Source: a virus
Lineage: Duplodnaviria > Caudoviricetes
Strand: one strand, 5' to 3'
DNA: 64,000 nt
Virus record (IMG/VR): IMGVR_UViG_3300028833_000053
Shown here: piece after piece, positions 54,896 through 63,651 of the stretch
Layout: each line of letters starts with the position of its first letter
How positions within the stretch are numbered: the stretch's first letter is position 1
The notes under the pieces: generated by a model
Database searches by the model: none
Seen by the model: only the letters and a program-made list of their open reading frames with translations
What the model was told of the DNA's origin: nothing
Translations under genes and position numbers: made by a program

Positions 54896-55093
54896 ATGGG
54901 ACGTTACAGGGTTGAGTGGAAGCCGAAAGGCGAGAATGTTTGGGAGGACACCTTTCAGTACACGGATGACTTGAAGAACGCCACCCGGGTTGCAAAGGCC
55001 TGGAAGATGGGTATGTTCTGCTATGAGAAGCCGGAGGATGCCCGAATTGTGGACACCGTTGAAAACAAGGTCATTGAAGTGGAGGTAAATTGA
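54896..55093 (+). CDS. Hypothetical early protein
   Basis: AAGGAG RBS before ATG 54896. Confidence 0.75.
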   Translation: MGRYRVEWKPKGENVWEDTFQYTDDLKNATRVAKAWKMGMFCYEKPEDARIVDTVENKVIEVEVN

Positions 55094-55094
55094 A

Positions 55095-55418
55095 ATGGCT
55101 AAATTGGAGAAACGTTGGATTGTGGAAACCACGATAGCAGAGAGCTGGGATGGGAAGAACGGTGCGCCAAACGTGTGCTTTGACACCTACGATGCCACAT
55201 CCCTTGAGGACGCAAGAATGTTTGTCCAGACCAAGATTGGGAAAATTGCCATAGACGGTGACAACAAGCTGGAATGGATAAAGTGGACTACAACGCAGGT
55301 TGAAGTCCGGTTCAACTATCCAAACGAGGGCGCGGGGAGGGTTCACCAAAACTACATCATGGCAATCCTGGAGGTTGACGAGAACGGAATCCTCAAGTAC
55401 GCCGAGATTGGAGATTGA
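55095..55418 (+). CDS. Hypothetical early protein
   Basis: GGAGGT RBS, 107 aa. Confidence 0.75.
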   Translation: MAKLEKRWIVETTIAESWDGKNGAPNVCFDTYDATSLEDARMFVQTKIGKIAIDGDNKLEWIKWTTTQVEVRFNYPNEGAGRVHQNYIMAILEVDENGILKYAEIGD

Positions 55419-55420
55419 CG

Positions 55421-55930
55421 ATGCAGGGACAGTTGCCCCAGATTGAACACCGTTCCGTTGATGACCCCGAGTACCGTGGCATCAAGGAGTGTGCCAATAT
55501 GATGTCCTTCGTGGAGTATATGAAAAGCAAGGACATTGAGGAGCTTCGTTTGCCGGTGAACAACCCCGAAGCCTACAACTACCTGCGTTGGCTCAACAAC
55601 TATTTCGTGGATGACAACAACTACCTGAATTACCTTCTCAACCTGTGGGATGAGAACTACGCCGAAAAGCCCGTGCGTCCGCCCACTGCGCGTGAGGTTG
55701 CCATTTTCAATTCCCGCAGGATTGTGGAAATTGCGGATTCTGACGAAATTGACGATAAAGGCATGTATATTGACTCCAACGCCGAGCTTATACGTGACGC
55801 ATACCAATATTGGTGCTACCCCATTTGGATTGCGTCCGGACTTGCTGGATGCATCATAAAGTGGGGGACGTTCGAGGACAACGTGAAGCCGGGTGAAGAA
55901 TTCCTCACATGGGAAGAGTGGAATGCATGA
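55421..55930 (+). CDS. Hypothetical early protein
   Basis: GGAG RBS, tightly packed. Confidence 0.75.
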   Translation: MQGQLPQIEHRSVDDPEYRGIKECANMMSFVEYMKSKDIEELRLPVNNPEAYNYLRWLNNYFVDDNNYLNYLLNLWDENYAEKPVRPPTAREVAIFNSRRIVEIADSDEIDDKGMYIDSNAELIRDAYQYWCYPIWIASGLAGCIIKWGTFEDNVKPGEEFLTWEEWNA

Positions 55931-56370
55931 TGGTCTTTACAGGGGACAAGCCAGGTTGGTACATACGCAGGGAAGATCCAATATGGAGTTGGGTTGGAAG
56001 CCCGTATGTGTCCCTTGAAAAGGAAAAGATGCTTTCGGTGTTGGGTAAGTTGAAGCGCAAGTGCAGCTACATTGTGAGGATATTCAATCTCACCCAGGAA
56101 TGTTGCCGTGATTGGCAGGACCGTGAATACTTTGAATGGTTCGCGGAGGACAAGATGTACGTGTTGCCAAACTACCTTGACATGTTCGTATCCGACCTCC
56201 ACGAATTGTCCTTGACGCACAACATAGTTGGGATGGCTACAACCAACAACTACCGTTATCTGGAAATGGCGTTTGTTGAATCCAATGACCATTCAAGCAA
56301 CATTGACTCTGACATTATCGACTCCATTGTTGGGAAAGTGAAGGGCCGGAAACATGAAACTTCGGAGTGA
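55927..56370 (+). CDS. ELSLTH/NID paralog family member 1
   Basis: LHELSLTHNIVG...FVESNDHSSNIDSDII. Confidence 0.75.
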   Translation: MMVFTGDKPGWYIRREDPIWSWVGSPYVSLEKEKMLSVLGKLKRKCSYIVRIFNLTQECCRDWQDREYFEWFAEDKMYVLPNYLDMFVSDLHELSLTHNIVGMATTNNYRYLEMAFVESNDHSSNIDSDIIDSIVGKVKGRKHETSE

Positions 56371-56821
56371 TTTTGTGAGCAATTCAAGTTCATCAAGTTT
56401 CAACTTGAAGCCGGGCGAGGTCAACCTGAAGCCGGGCGAGGACGATATGATTTTCAAGATGTCGTCTTCGGAGGTTGACAGAGTTCGCTTGTGGAAGTTC
56501 TTGACGAAGGAGGAGATAATGGATTCAATTTCCAAGTGGAAGTTCAAGGGAAATGTAATCCGGATTATTGACATCCTTTGTCCCGATGGAAGTCCCGAAT
56601 ACAAGAAGACAACCGTATATGGCGTTCCCAACCAGATTGACTTGATTGCGTCAAGGTTGATGGAATTGTCAATGACGCATGGCATATTGCAGTTGGGCGA
56701 GTCCTTGTGTGGAGACAACGCAATTTGGTTTGCGGAAACGGAACACTACACCACGAACATTGACGCCGACGTTATTGAGGGAATCATCGTCCGGTTGAAA
56801 CTGGGAGCCTATTATGTCTGA
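56354..56821 (+). CDS. ELSLTH/NID paralog family member 2, with MKLRSDFVSNSSSSSF N-terminus
   Basis: LMELSMTHGIL...FAETEHYTTNIDADVI. Confidence 0.75.
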   Translation: MKLRSDFVSNSSSSSFNLKPGEVNLKPGEDDMIFKMSSSEVDRVRLWKFLTKEEIMDSISKWKFKGNVIRIIDILCPDGSPEYKKTTVYGVPNQIDLIASRLMELSMTHGILQLGESLCGDNAIWFAETEHYTTNIDADVIEGIIVRLKLGAYYV

Positions 56822-57221
56822 CAAGAAACCTTGGATTTTGGAAGCGGGCAACGCCATTGAGTCTGAGTTGCACAACATGTCAATCGCCCTTGGTGCTTTA
56901 GGGGCGACGGACATTGTTCAGAATGACGGACACTTCACGCTTGATGACATCAAGTGGATGGACCGGTCGGACTTTCCCTTGGTTGTGAAGATTATCTTGT
57001 TTGAGAATGGAAAGCCGAGCCGTTATCTTCCAAAGACCTTTGCGGAATCGGAGCCCGACAAGTTCATTGACTATCTTGCTGGAATATCCTTGACGTACAG
57101 AATCATGTTCGTGAGGAACGGCTACATTTTCGTGACCGAGTCGGAAGACCACCAGACGAACATCAACGATTTGGTCATTGATGAGTTCTTGAAACTATAT
57201 CACAGGAGTTTCACCGACTAA
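56814..57221 (+). CDS. ELSLTH/NID paralog family member 3
   Basis: LAGISLTYRI...FVTESEDHQTNINDLVI. Confidence 0.75.
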   Translation: MSDKKPWILEAGNAIESELHNMSIALGALGATDIVQNDGHFTLDDIKWMDRSDFPLVVKIILFENGKPSRYLPKTFAESEPDKFIDYLAGISLTYRIMFVRNGYIFVTESEDHQTNINDLVIDEFLKLYHRSFTD

Positions 57222-57235
57222 GAAAGGAAGTTGAA

Positions 57236-57748
57236 ATGAATGGTTTTGATGAAAATGAACACGGCGCGTCCGACTACTATATGGCGGAAGACATTATACC
57301 AATGGTAAGGCGTGTGTTTCCAACGGTGGTGAACGCAGACGGAACAATGATGGGGAAATTCCCCCTTTCTGACAACGAAAAGCGCATGTTGTGCGACAAC
57401 AAGTTCTATTCCAAGAAGAGGATGAAGAAGCTCTTCCGTCAATGGAGGCCAAGTGGGCGCAGTGTTGTCATAAACCGCGCCATATACGATGGCGACAAGC
57501 CCATTGAAGTTGAGGTGAGTTCGTTCATGCTTCCGGAGGAAATTGATGGGTTCATGGTGAAGATGGGTGATTGCGCGGACCTTCATGGAATAGTCAAGAT
57601 TACTTCTGGCGGTGTAATGGCGGGTCCTACAATTTGGGTGAAGCCGGCGTCGAATCCCTCCGAGTTGAACATTGACTGCAACATCATGGATAAGATTATC
57701 ACCGAGGTTGTGGAAAGTTGGCGCAAGAAGCACAACAGGAGCAAGTGA
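57236..57748 (+). CDS. Early protein with gp23-like N-terminal segment
   Basis: ASDYYMAEDIIPMVRRVFPTVV versus gp23 ANDYILPNVVMPMLRRIFPTLM. Confidence 0.7.
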   Translation: MNGFDENEHGASDYYMAEDIIPMVRRVFPTVVNADGTMMGKFPLSDNEKRMLCDNKFYSKKRMKKLFRQWRPSGRSVVINRAIYDGDKPIEVEVSSFMLPEEIDGFMVKMGDCADLHGIVKITSGGVMAGPTIWVKPASNPSELNIDCNIMDKIITEVVESWRKKHNRSK

Positions 57749-57749
57749 T

Positions 57750-58157
57750 ATGATGGATTTTGAGTACATTGAAAAGGACATGTTTAGGCAAAAGTCCCTG
57801 TTTCCCCTGTTCCCGTACAGAATGGGAGAGGGGTACAAGTTCCTGAAGATGCCTTTTTGGGAAGGAAGCAAGGAATACATATTATGGGGAATCAAGCAGA
57901 ACCCGGGCTACATGGTGAAGATGGTGAATGTGGTCTATTGTGGCGAAGAACCTTGCTGGCAGCAGGAGCGCACATACGTAGCATTACCAGACAGGTTTGA
58001 CAAGTTCCTGCCAGACTTGATGGAGCTTTCCTTGACACACACTATAATTGGCATACGAGGGGAGGCAGTGTTTGTCTCTCAGTCGCTTGATCACAGCACG
58101 AACATTGACCAAGACGTTGTTGCTGCGTTCCAATACCTGTTTCTTGATAAGCATTGA
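57750..58157 (+). CDS. ELSLTH/NID paralog family member 4
   Basis: LMELSLTHTIIG...FVSQSLDHSTNIDQDVV. Confidence 0.75.
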   Translation: MMDFEYIEKDMFRQKSLFPLFPYRMGEGYKFLKMPFWEGSKEYILWGIKQNPGYMVKMVNVVYCGEEPCWQQERTYVALPDRFDKFLPDLMELSLTHTIIGIRGEAVFVSQSLDHSTNIDQDVVAAFQYLFLDKH

Positions 58158-58162
58158 GGGAC

Positions 58163-58229
58163 TTGACATTTTTCCAAAAACCTGTATAATAGGTGTAAAT
58201 AATCAACATACTCATATTCTAGGTATAAT
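58163..58229 (+). promoter_or_regulatory. Stacked promoters upstream of the topoisomerase operon
   Basis: TTGACA-16 nt-TATAAT (58163-58190), GTAAATA (58195-58201), GTATAAT (58223-58229). Confidence 0.65.
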
Positions 58230-58240
58230 GAGAAAACGAA

Positions 58241-60175
58241 ATGAAGACAAACAAGCAAGCAGAAGACTTTGAAGCCATAAGTGGTGTACAACAGATACTT
58301 AAACGTAGTGGTATGTGGCTGGGTAGTATGCAGCCTTTGACGCAAAAGATGTTCATGATTGGACAAGAGGGCGTGGAGTATAAGGAGGTGACGTACATCC
58401 CGGCTTTCCGCAAGATAATGGACGAGGTGCTTGACAACTCTGTGGACGCTTTGGTGAAGTACAATGGCAGCAAGGGCAAGGTGAAGGTTGTCATTGACGA
58501 AGGCTGGGTTTACATTGAGGACAACGGACCGGGCATTCCAGTCATTTGCAAGGAATTAAAGGACATCACTGACAACAGGATGACCGAGGAAGAGAAGAAG
58601 AAGATTTCCGAGACCTACCTGCCCGAGATTGCGTGGACGAGACTTTTCTCCGGCTCCAACTTCAAGGACAGCGATGACAAGACAACGGTGGGTTCACATG
58701 GACTTGGCTCCAAATGCACTTCCATTTTCTCCAAGAAGTTCGTGGGAATATCGGACGATGGCAAGAACCTTTGCAAGGTGGTGGCGAAGAACAACCTTGA
58801 GACTGTTGAGACGGAAGTTTTCCCTTCCAAGGAGCGTGGCGTGAGAATCAAGTTCGTTCCGGACTTCGCCAGGTTTGGCATCGACAAAATAGATTCAGTT
58901 TACGTTGAGTTGATGCGCCAGCGTCTCATCTGCCTTGGAATCACGTTCCCCGGCATAAAGTTCTCCTTGAACGGCAAGCAAGTAAACGTGAACGACAAGA
59001 CGTTTCTCAATCTGTTCAGTGACAACATCACGTTCCAGGTGTTTGACCGCGGCTTCATTGGCGTATATCCAAACGAGTCCGACGAGTTCAATTTCTTCAC
59101 CTACGTTGATGGTCTGGCGTTGAACCGCGGCGGCTCCCACATTGACTACATTGTGGACAAGCTGGTAACGCCCATACGGGAGAAGCTGGCGAAGAAGTAC
59201 AAGACCATCAAGCCAGCCGACATCAAGAACCGTTTGAGCATGGTGGTGTTTCTGCGCGACTTCCCCAATTTGAAGTTCGACTCCCAGACGAAGGAGACCT
59301 TGACAAACCTTCCATCCGAAATCACGAAATACTTTGGGGATTCTGTTGACTGGGACAAGTTGTCAAAGAACATCATCAAGAACGAAAACATACTTGACCC
59401 AATCGTTGAGACGTTCAAGTTGAAGGAGGAAGTCAAGGAGCGCGTTGCGTTGAAGCAGGCCGGAAAGTCCAAGGTGAAGATTTCCGTGGACAAGTACATC
59501 AAGCCCATTGGCGGCAACGACTATTTGATGGTGTGCGAGGGGTTGTCTGCAAGGGGTGGTGTTTCCGCCGCCATTGGACGCGAGGGCTTTGGCTACTACG
59601 CATCCCGTGGCGTTGGCATAAACGCCTATGACGCGACATCAGCGCAGATTCTCAAGAACCAGGAATTTTCGGACATCATCACAATCCTTGGACTTGACAT
59701 CACCAATCCAAAGGAGCAGAACCTGAACTTCAAGAAGTTCGTCATAACGTCAGATGCGGACGCCGATGGCATCCACATTTCCTCAATCTACCTTGGGTGG
59801 TTTATGAAGTTCGCCCCGTGGATGTTTGACAAGGGCATGGTTTGCCGTTTGAGGACGCCGCTTGCCATAGTGTTCAAGGACAAGGGCATGACGAAAATAC
59901 ACAAGATGTTCTTTGACCTTGCCGAGTTCCGGGAATTTGAGAACAGTAACGATATGTCCAAGTTCGCCATACAGTACTACAAGGGACTGGGTTCTTTCCC
60001 CAAGGAAATGTTCATCAAGTTGTTCAAGGAGAATGGTGGCGTTGACCAGTTCATCCAGACGTTCCGCCTTGACGAAGAGGGCAAGGTTTACATCGACAAC
60101 TGGTTGAATGGAAGCAAGTCCGACGAGAGAAAGAAGCTGATTTCGGACTACACGTTTGACATTGACATGATTTGA
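58241..60175 (+). CDS. gp39: Type IIA topoisomerase ATPase/TOPRIM subunit (T4 gp39+60-like)
   Basis: DEVLDNSVD, EDNGPGIP, GSHGLGSK, FDSQTKE, EGLSA, DADADG, YYKGLG. Confidence 0.95.
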   Translation: MKTNKQAEDFEAISGVQQILKRSGMWLGSMQPLTQKMFMIGQEGVEYKEVTYIPAFRKIMDEVLDNSVDALVKYNGSKGKVKVVIDEGWVYIEDNGPGIPVICKELKDITDNRMTEEEKKKISETYLPEIAWTRLFSGSNFKDSDDKTTVGSHGLGSKCTSIFSKKFVGISDDGKNLCKVVAKNNLETVETEVFPSKERGVRIKFVPDFARFGIDKIDSVYVELMRQRLICLGITFPGIKFSLNGKQVNVNDKTFLNLFSDNITFQVFDRGFIGVYPNESDEFNFFTYVDGLALNRGGSHIDYIVDKLVTPIREKLAKKYKTIKPADIKNRLSMVVFLRDFPNLKFDSQTKETLTNLPSEITKYFGDSVDWDKLSKNIIKNENILDPIVETFKLKEEVKERVALKQAGKSKVKISVDKYIKPIGGNDYLMVCEGLSARGGVSAAIGREGFGYYASRGVGINAYDATSAQILKNQEFSDIITILGLDITNPKEQNLNFKKFVITSDADADGIHISSIYLGWFMKFAPWMFDKGMVCRLRTPLAIVFKDKGMTKIHKMFFDLAEFREFENSNDMSKFAIQYYKGLGSFPKEMFIKLFKENGGVDQFIQTFRLDEEGKVYIDNWLNGSKSDERKKLISDYTFDIDMI

Positions 60176-60188
60176 GGAGACCGGAACA

Positions 60189-60629
60189 ATGACTACAAGA
60201 GAAAAAGCGATTGTGTCTGCGTACACTGGATTTCTAATGTGCGATATGTCAGAAATGCTGAAGTATATGTCGGAAAAACTTGGTTGGCGGATAACAGAGT
60301 CCGAGCTGCTCTCCAAGCACAGTGATTTTGAATTCAATGATGAACTTGACCAGAAGATTCAACCCGACTTTCTTGCATCGTGCGACAGAATGACGACAAG
60401 GGAAAAAGCCATTGTGTCGGCATGGACTAAATGTTTGATAGGCAGCATGGAAGAAATGCTCAAGTATGTGTCTGAAAAGATGGGACGAACAATGTCAGAA
60501 CAGGATTTGAGGAAGTATATGTCTTATGGCGAGTTTCATAAAAAATATGACGCGGCCATTCTTCCCGATTGGCTCTCGCTTTGTGAGGGTGACGCAGAAT
60601 CTACTGACAAGGCATCATGGTGGAGATAA
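60189..60629 (+). CDS. Hypothetical protein made of two tandem ~67-aa repeats
   Basis: MTTREKAIVSA[YW]T..L...M.EMLKY.SEK.G occurs twice. Confidence 0.8.
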   Translation: MTTREKAIVSAYTGFLMCDMSEMLKYMSEKLGWRITESELLSKHSDFEFNDELDQKIQPDFLASCDRMTTREKAIVSAWTKCLIGSMEEMLKYVSEKMGRTMSEQDLRKYMSYGEFHKKYDAAILPDWLSLCEGDAESTDKASWWR

Positions 60630-60645
60630 TCAAATGAACAAAAGA

Positions 60646-60676
60646 CAGAAACTAATTTCAGACTACACGTTTGACA
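60646..60676 (+). repeat. Diverged direct repeat of the 3' end of the topoisomerase gene (60131-60161)
   Basis: 27/31 nt identical; both copies encode KLISDYTFD. Confidence 0.8.
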
Positions 60677-60696
60677 AGGTATAATGGGGATTGGCT

Positions 60697-61116
60697 ATGA
60701 AGATTTTTATTATGGCAATAATGATGGTTCTTATTTTTGTGGTAAGTGGAAAGCAAGAGGATAATAGAATAGAAGCGACTAGGAATCTCCCAAAAGGGGT
60801 TCATATCACAGAAAGAAACTGTGAAGATTGTTGTGGTTCGGGAAATAAATGGATTGAACATACTGAATATGTGGGTGGTGGTTCAGCTATTATCGAGTAT
60901 AGAGATTCTGATGGGTTTCTATTGAGAAGAAGGTTTAAGAATTACACGAAACGAAAAGTTCATACAAAAGACATGGGCAGGGTGAAAGTCCCATGTAAAA
61001 AATGTAAAGGGACTGGTAAGAGGTTAACTTATGATAAGGATTATAATGACAAGCAAAAACCAGCCCAAGGTGTTACTCAGGGTGCTGGTTGGTACAATGC
61101 AAGGCTAAGAAATTGA
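60697..61116 (+). CDS. AT-rich hypothetical protein with N-terminal hydrophobic segment and CxxCxGxG zinc-finger pair
   Basis: CEDCCGSG and CKKCKGTG. Confidence 0.7.
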   Translation: MKIFIMAIMMVLIFVVSGKQEDNRIEATRNLPKGVHITERNCEDCCGSGNKWIEHTEYVGGGSAIIEYRDSDGFLLRRRFKNYTKRKVHTKDMGRVKVPCKKCKGTGKRLTYDKDYNDKQKPAQGVTQGAGWYNARLRN

Positions 61117-61126
61117 TGGATTAAGG

Positions 61127-62521
61127 ATGTTGAATAAAATGAACGAAAAGACCGTAACTGATTTCTACAAGGAGGAGGTTCCGTCATATGCCTCCTACGA
61201 CCTCATCCGCAAGTGCAGTTCGTACATTGACGGGTTCAAGAACGCGCACCGCAAGATTATCTGGACGATGTTGGAGTATTTTGGAAACCCCAACACGAGG
61301 ACAAAGACAAGCCAGATGTCCGCCACGGTTTCCTTGAAGTCAATGTACTTGCATGGCGAAACAAACCTTGACGGTTCCCTATGCACGTTGGCGCAGTCAT
61401 TCGTTGGCTCAAACAACTACCCATTGGTGACAGGGCATGGTAACTTCGGCACAAGGTTCTCTCCGGAGCCCGCCGCTTCACGTTATACCTTTGTTTCAAT
61501 TTCACCATTGGTCGGCAAGCTGTACGACAAGGACAGGCCGTTGTGCAAGGGTCAGGAATTTGAAGGCAACGTGATTGAACCTGCCTATTACGTTCCCGTG
61601 TTTCCAACTCTGTTCCTCAATGGCTCAGATGGAATTTCAACGGGATATGCGCAGAAGATTTATCCAAGGAACCCGAAGGACATACTCAAGTACATTCGCG
61701 CCAAGTTGAATGGAACCGCGGAACCCCACGTTGAAAACGCCTTGCCTTGGTTCAGGGGGTTTGCTGGCGAGACAAAGCTGGTGAAGGAGAAGGACGCCGA
61801 CGGAAAGACCGTAAAGAAGGTCGTGAACTATGGCGTGGTGGAGAAAGTCAATTCCAACACCCTGCACATTTCCGAAATTCCCATCACCTACACCTACGCC
61901 TCCTACATCAAGGTTCTGGATGGACTTGTGGAGAAGGGAACTATCGAGGACTACGAGGACTTGTCCGATCCAAAGACCGACAGGTTTGAGTTCACGATAA
62001 AGGTCAAGCGCGTGTTCTTTGAGAGCAACGCCGACGAGGCAAGTTGGATTAAGGTGTTTGGACTTGCCAAGCCCCTGAACGAGCAGTTGAACTGCATTGA
62101 CGAGAACAACCGCATACGCGAGTTCAACGACATCAAGGAAATCTTGGATGCTTTTATCAAAATACGTTTGGAATACTACAAGAAGCGTAAGGACTACCTC
62201 TTGAAGAAGTATATGGAGGAAATCCAACTTGACGTTTCCAAGTACGTTTGGTGCAAGGGTGTTATCGACGAGACCATCTACATCAAGAACAAGAAGAAGG
62301 ATGACATCGTAAAGCAGCTTGAAAAGACCGAAAAGATTATCCAAAAAGACGGCTCCTTCAACTACCTCCTGAACATGCCAATGTCCTCAATCACGAAGGA
62401 GAAGATGGCTGAACTTACGGAGAAGATAAAGAGCCTCAAGGAACTTATCAAGACAACCCAGAGCCAGACCATAGAGCAGATGTGGCTTGCGGACCTTGAA
62501 GAGATTGAACGCGAATTCTGA
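61127..62521 (+). CDS. gp52: Type IIA topoisomerase breakage-reunion subunit (T4 gp52-like)
   Basis: IDGFK..HRK, YLHGE, G.GNFG, AASRY (catalytic Tyr), NG.DGISTGYA. Confidence 0.95.
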   Translation: MLNKMNEKTVTDFYKEEVPSYASYDLIRKCSSYIDGFKNAHRKIIWTMLEYFGNPNTRTKTSQMSATVSLKSMYLHGETNLDGSLCTLAQSFVGSNNYPLVTGHGNFGTRFSPEPAASRYTFVSISPLVGKLYDKDRPLCKGQEFEGNVIEPAYYVPVFPTLFLNGSDGISTGYAQKIYPRNPKDILKYIRAKLNGTAEPHVENALPWFRGFAGETKLVKEKDADGKTVKKVVNYGVVEKVNSNTLHISEIPITYTYASYIKVLDGLVEKGTIEDYEDLSDPKTDRFEFTIKVKRVFFESNADEASWIKVFGLAKPLNEQLNCIDENNRIREFNDIKEILDAFIKIRLEYYKKRKDYLLKKYMEEIQLDVSKYVWCKGVIDETIYIKNKKKDDIVKQLEKTEKIIQKDGSFNYLLNMPMSSITKEKMAELTEKIKSLKELIKTTQSQTIEQMWLADLEEIEREF

Positions 62522-62539
62522 TTCGCGAAAGGAGTTCTG

Positions 62540-62773
62540 ATGATTGAACTTATTGAAACCATCTTGTCTTTCCCAACGCAGGGGCATTATGGCTATCCAA
62601 TCAGGATAGACGTGTTTGATGACAAAAAGGAATGGGAATGTGGAGTTTGGTCTGACAAGGATTCCGCCATTTCCTTTTTGTTTGATAAATGCGAGTTGTT
62701 CGACTATGTATTGTATGAATGGTACAGAGCGAAGGATGAGTTGTACATAGTGTTGGGGAGAAAGGAGTTCTAA
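62540..62773 (+). CDS. Hypothetical protein
   Basis: AAGGAG RBS, 77 aa. Confidence 0.7.
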   Translation: MIELIETILSFPTQGHYGYPIRIDVFDDKKEWECGVWSDKDSAISFLFDKCELFDYVLYEWYRAKDELYIVLGRKEF

Positions 62774-63441
62774 TGCCGAGGATTGAACTGTTCAATGGCA
62801 ATTGCCTTGATCTTTTGATGAAATTGGAACCGGAATCTGTTGATCTTCTTGTCACCGATCCACCATACAAGACCATTACGGGAGGGGATTCGGGAAACAG
62901 ACCAAAGGGCATGCTTTCCGGAAACAGAAAGTTGTTTGATCATCAAAACGACGTTGAGATTTACCAATGGATGCCTCTGGTCTACCGGGCATTGAAGGAC
63001 AATACACATGCATACGTGTTCACGAATTTTCTCAACTTGCACGAAATGCTGTATGAAGCCACACACGCGGGCTTCAAGTTGCACAATCTTCTTGTGTGGG
63101 AGAAGAACAACTGCACACCTTCCCAGTTCTACATGAAGAACTGCGAGTACGTGTTGTTTATGCGCAAGGGAAAGGCGAAATGGATTAACAACATTGGCGC
63201 AAGCAAGACCGTACACCAGTTTAACAACTTATTGGGAAATAAGACGCATCCCACAGAGAAGCCAGTTGACTTGCTTAAGTTCTACATTGAGAATTCAAGC
63301 AAGGAGGGTGACGTTGTGCTTGACCCGTTCATGGGTACGGGCTCTTGTGGAGATGCCTGCAGGCAGACAAACAGGAATTTTCTTGGAATTGAACTTGACG
63401 AAAACTATTTCAACATTGCAAAGAATAGACTGGATGTATAA
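62773..63441 (+). CDS. DNA N6-adenine/N4-cytosine methyltransferase (beta class)
   Basis: TDPPY, HPTEKP, DPFMGTGS. Confidence 0.93.
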   Translation: MPRIELFNGNCLDLLMKLEPESVDLLVTDPPYKTITGGDSGNRPKGMLSGNRKLFDHQNDVEIYQWMPLVYRALKDNTHAYVFTNFLNLHEMLYEATHAGFKLHNLLVWEKNNCTPSQFYMKNCEYVLFMRKGKAKWINNIGASKTVHQFNNLLGNKTHPTEKPVDLLKFYIENSSKEGDVVLDPFMGTGSCGDACRQTNRNFLGIELDENYFNIAKNRLDV

Positions 63442-63469
63442 TTCATATGGGGGAAGAAAGGACTAAATC

Positions 63470-63649
63470 ATGAATGGAAAACAGATTAGGGTGAAGAAAA
63501 CAGGCAAAGTTGGAGTGCTTGACCACACTCAGACGATAAATGGAAAGACATTCTACCTTGTGTGCTTTGATGAAAGCAACAAAAACATTGAAAATGGTGG
63601 AACGTTGAATTTGGTTCTATATAAAGAAGACGCGATAGAGTTCATTTGA
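63470..63649 (+). CDS. 59-aa hypothetical protein
   Basis: AAGGA RBS; MNGKQIRVKKTGKVGVL...EDAIEFI. Confidence 0.65.
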   Translation: MNGKQIRVKKTGKVGVLDHTQTINGKTFYLVCFDESNKNIENGGTLNLVLYKEDAIEFI

Positions 63650-63651
63650 CA

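Noticed and set aside
59530-59620. Inactive topoisomerase because of EGLSA and ASRG variants
   Set aside because: The catalytic Glu and DxD remain, as do the ATPase motifs and the gp52 Tyr.
60671-60685. TTGACA plus TATAAT as a sigma70 promoter
   Set aside because: The spacer is only 3 nt; the TTGACA belongs to the duplicated topoisomerase end.
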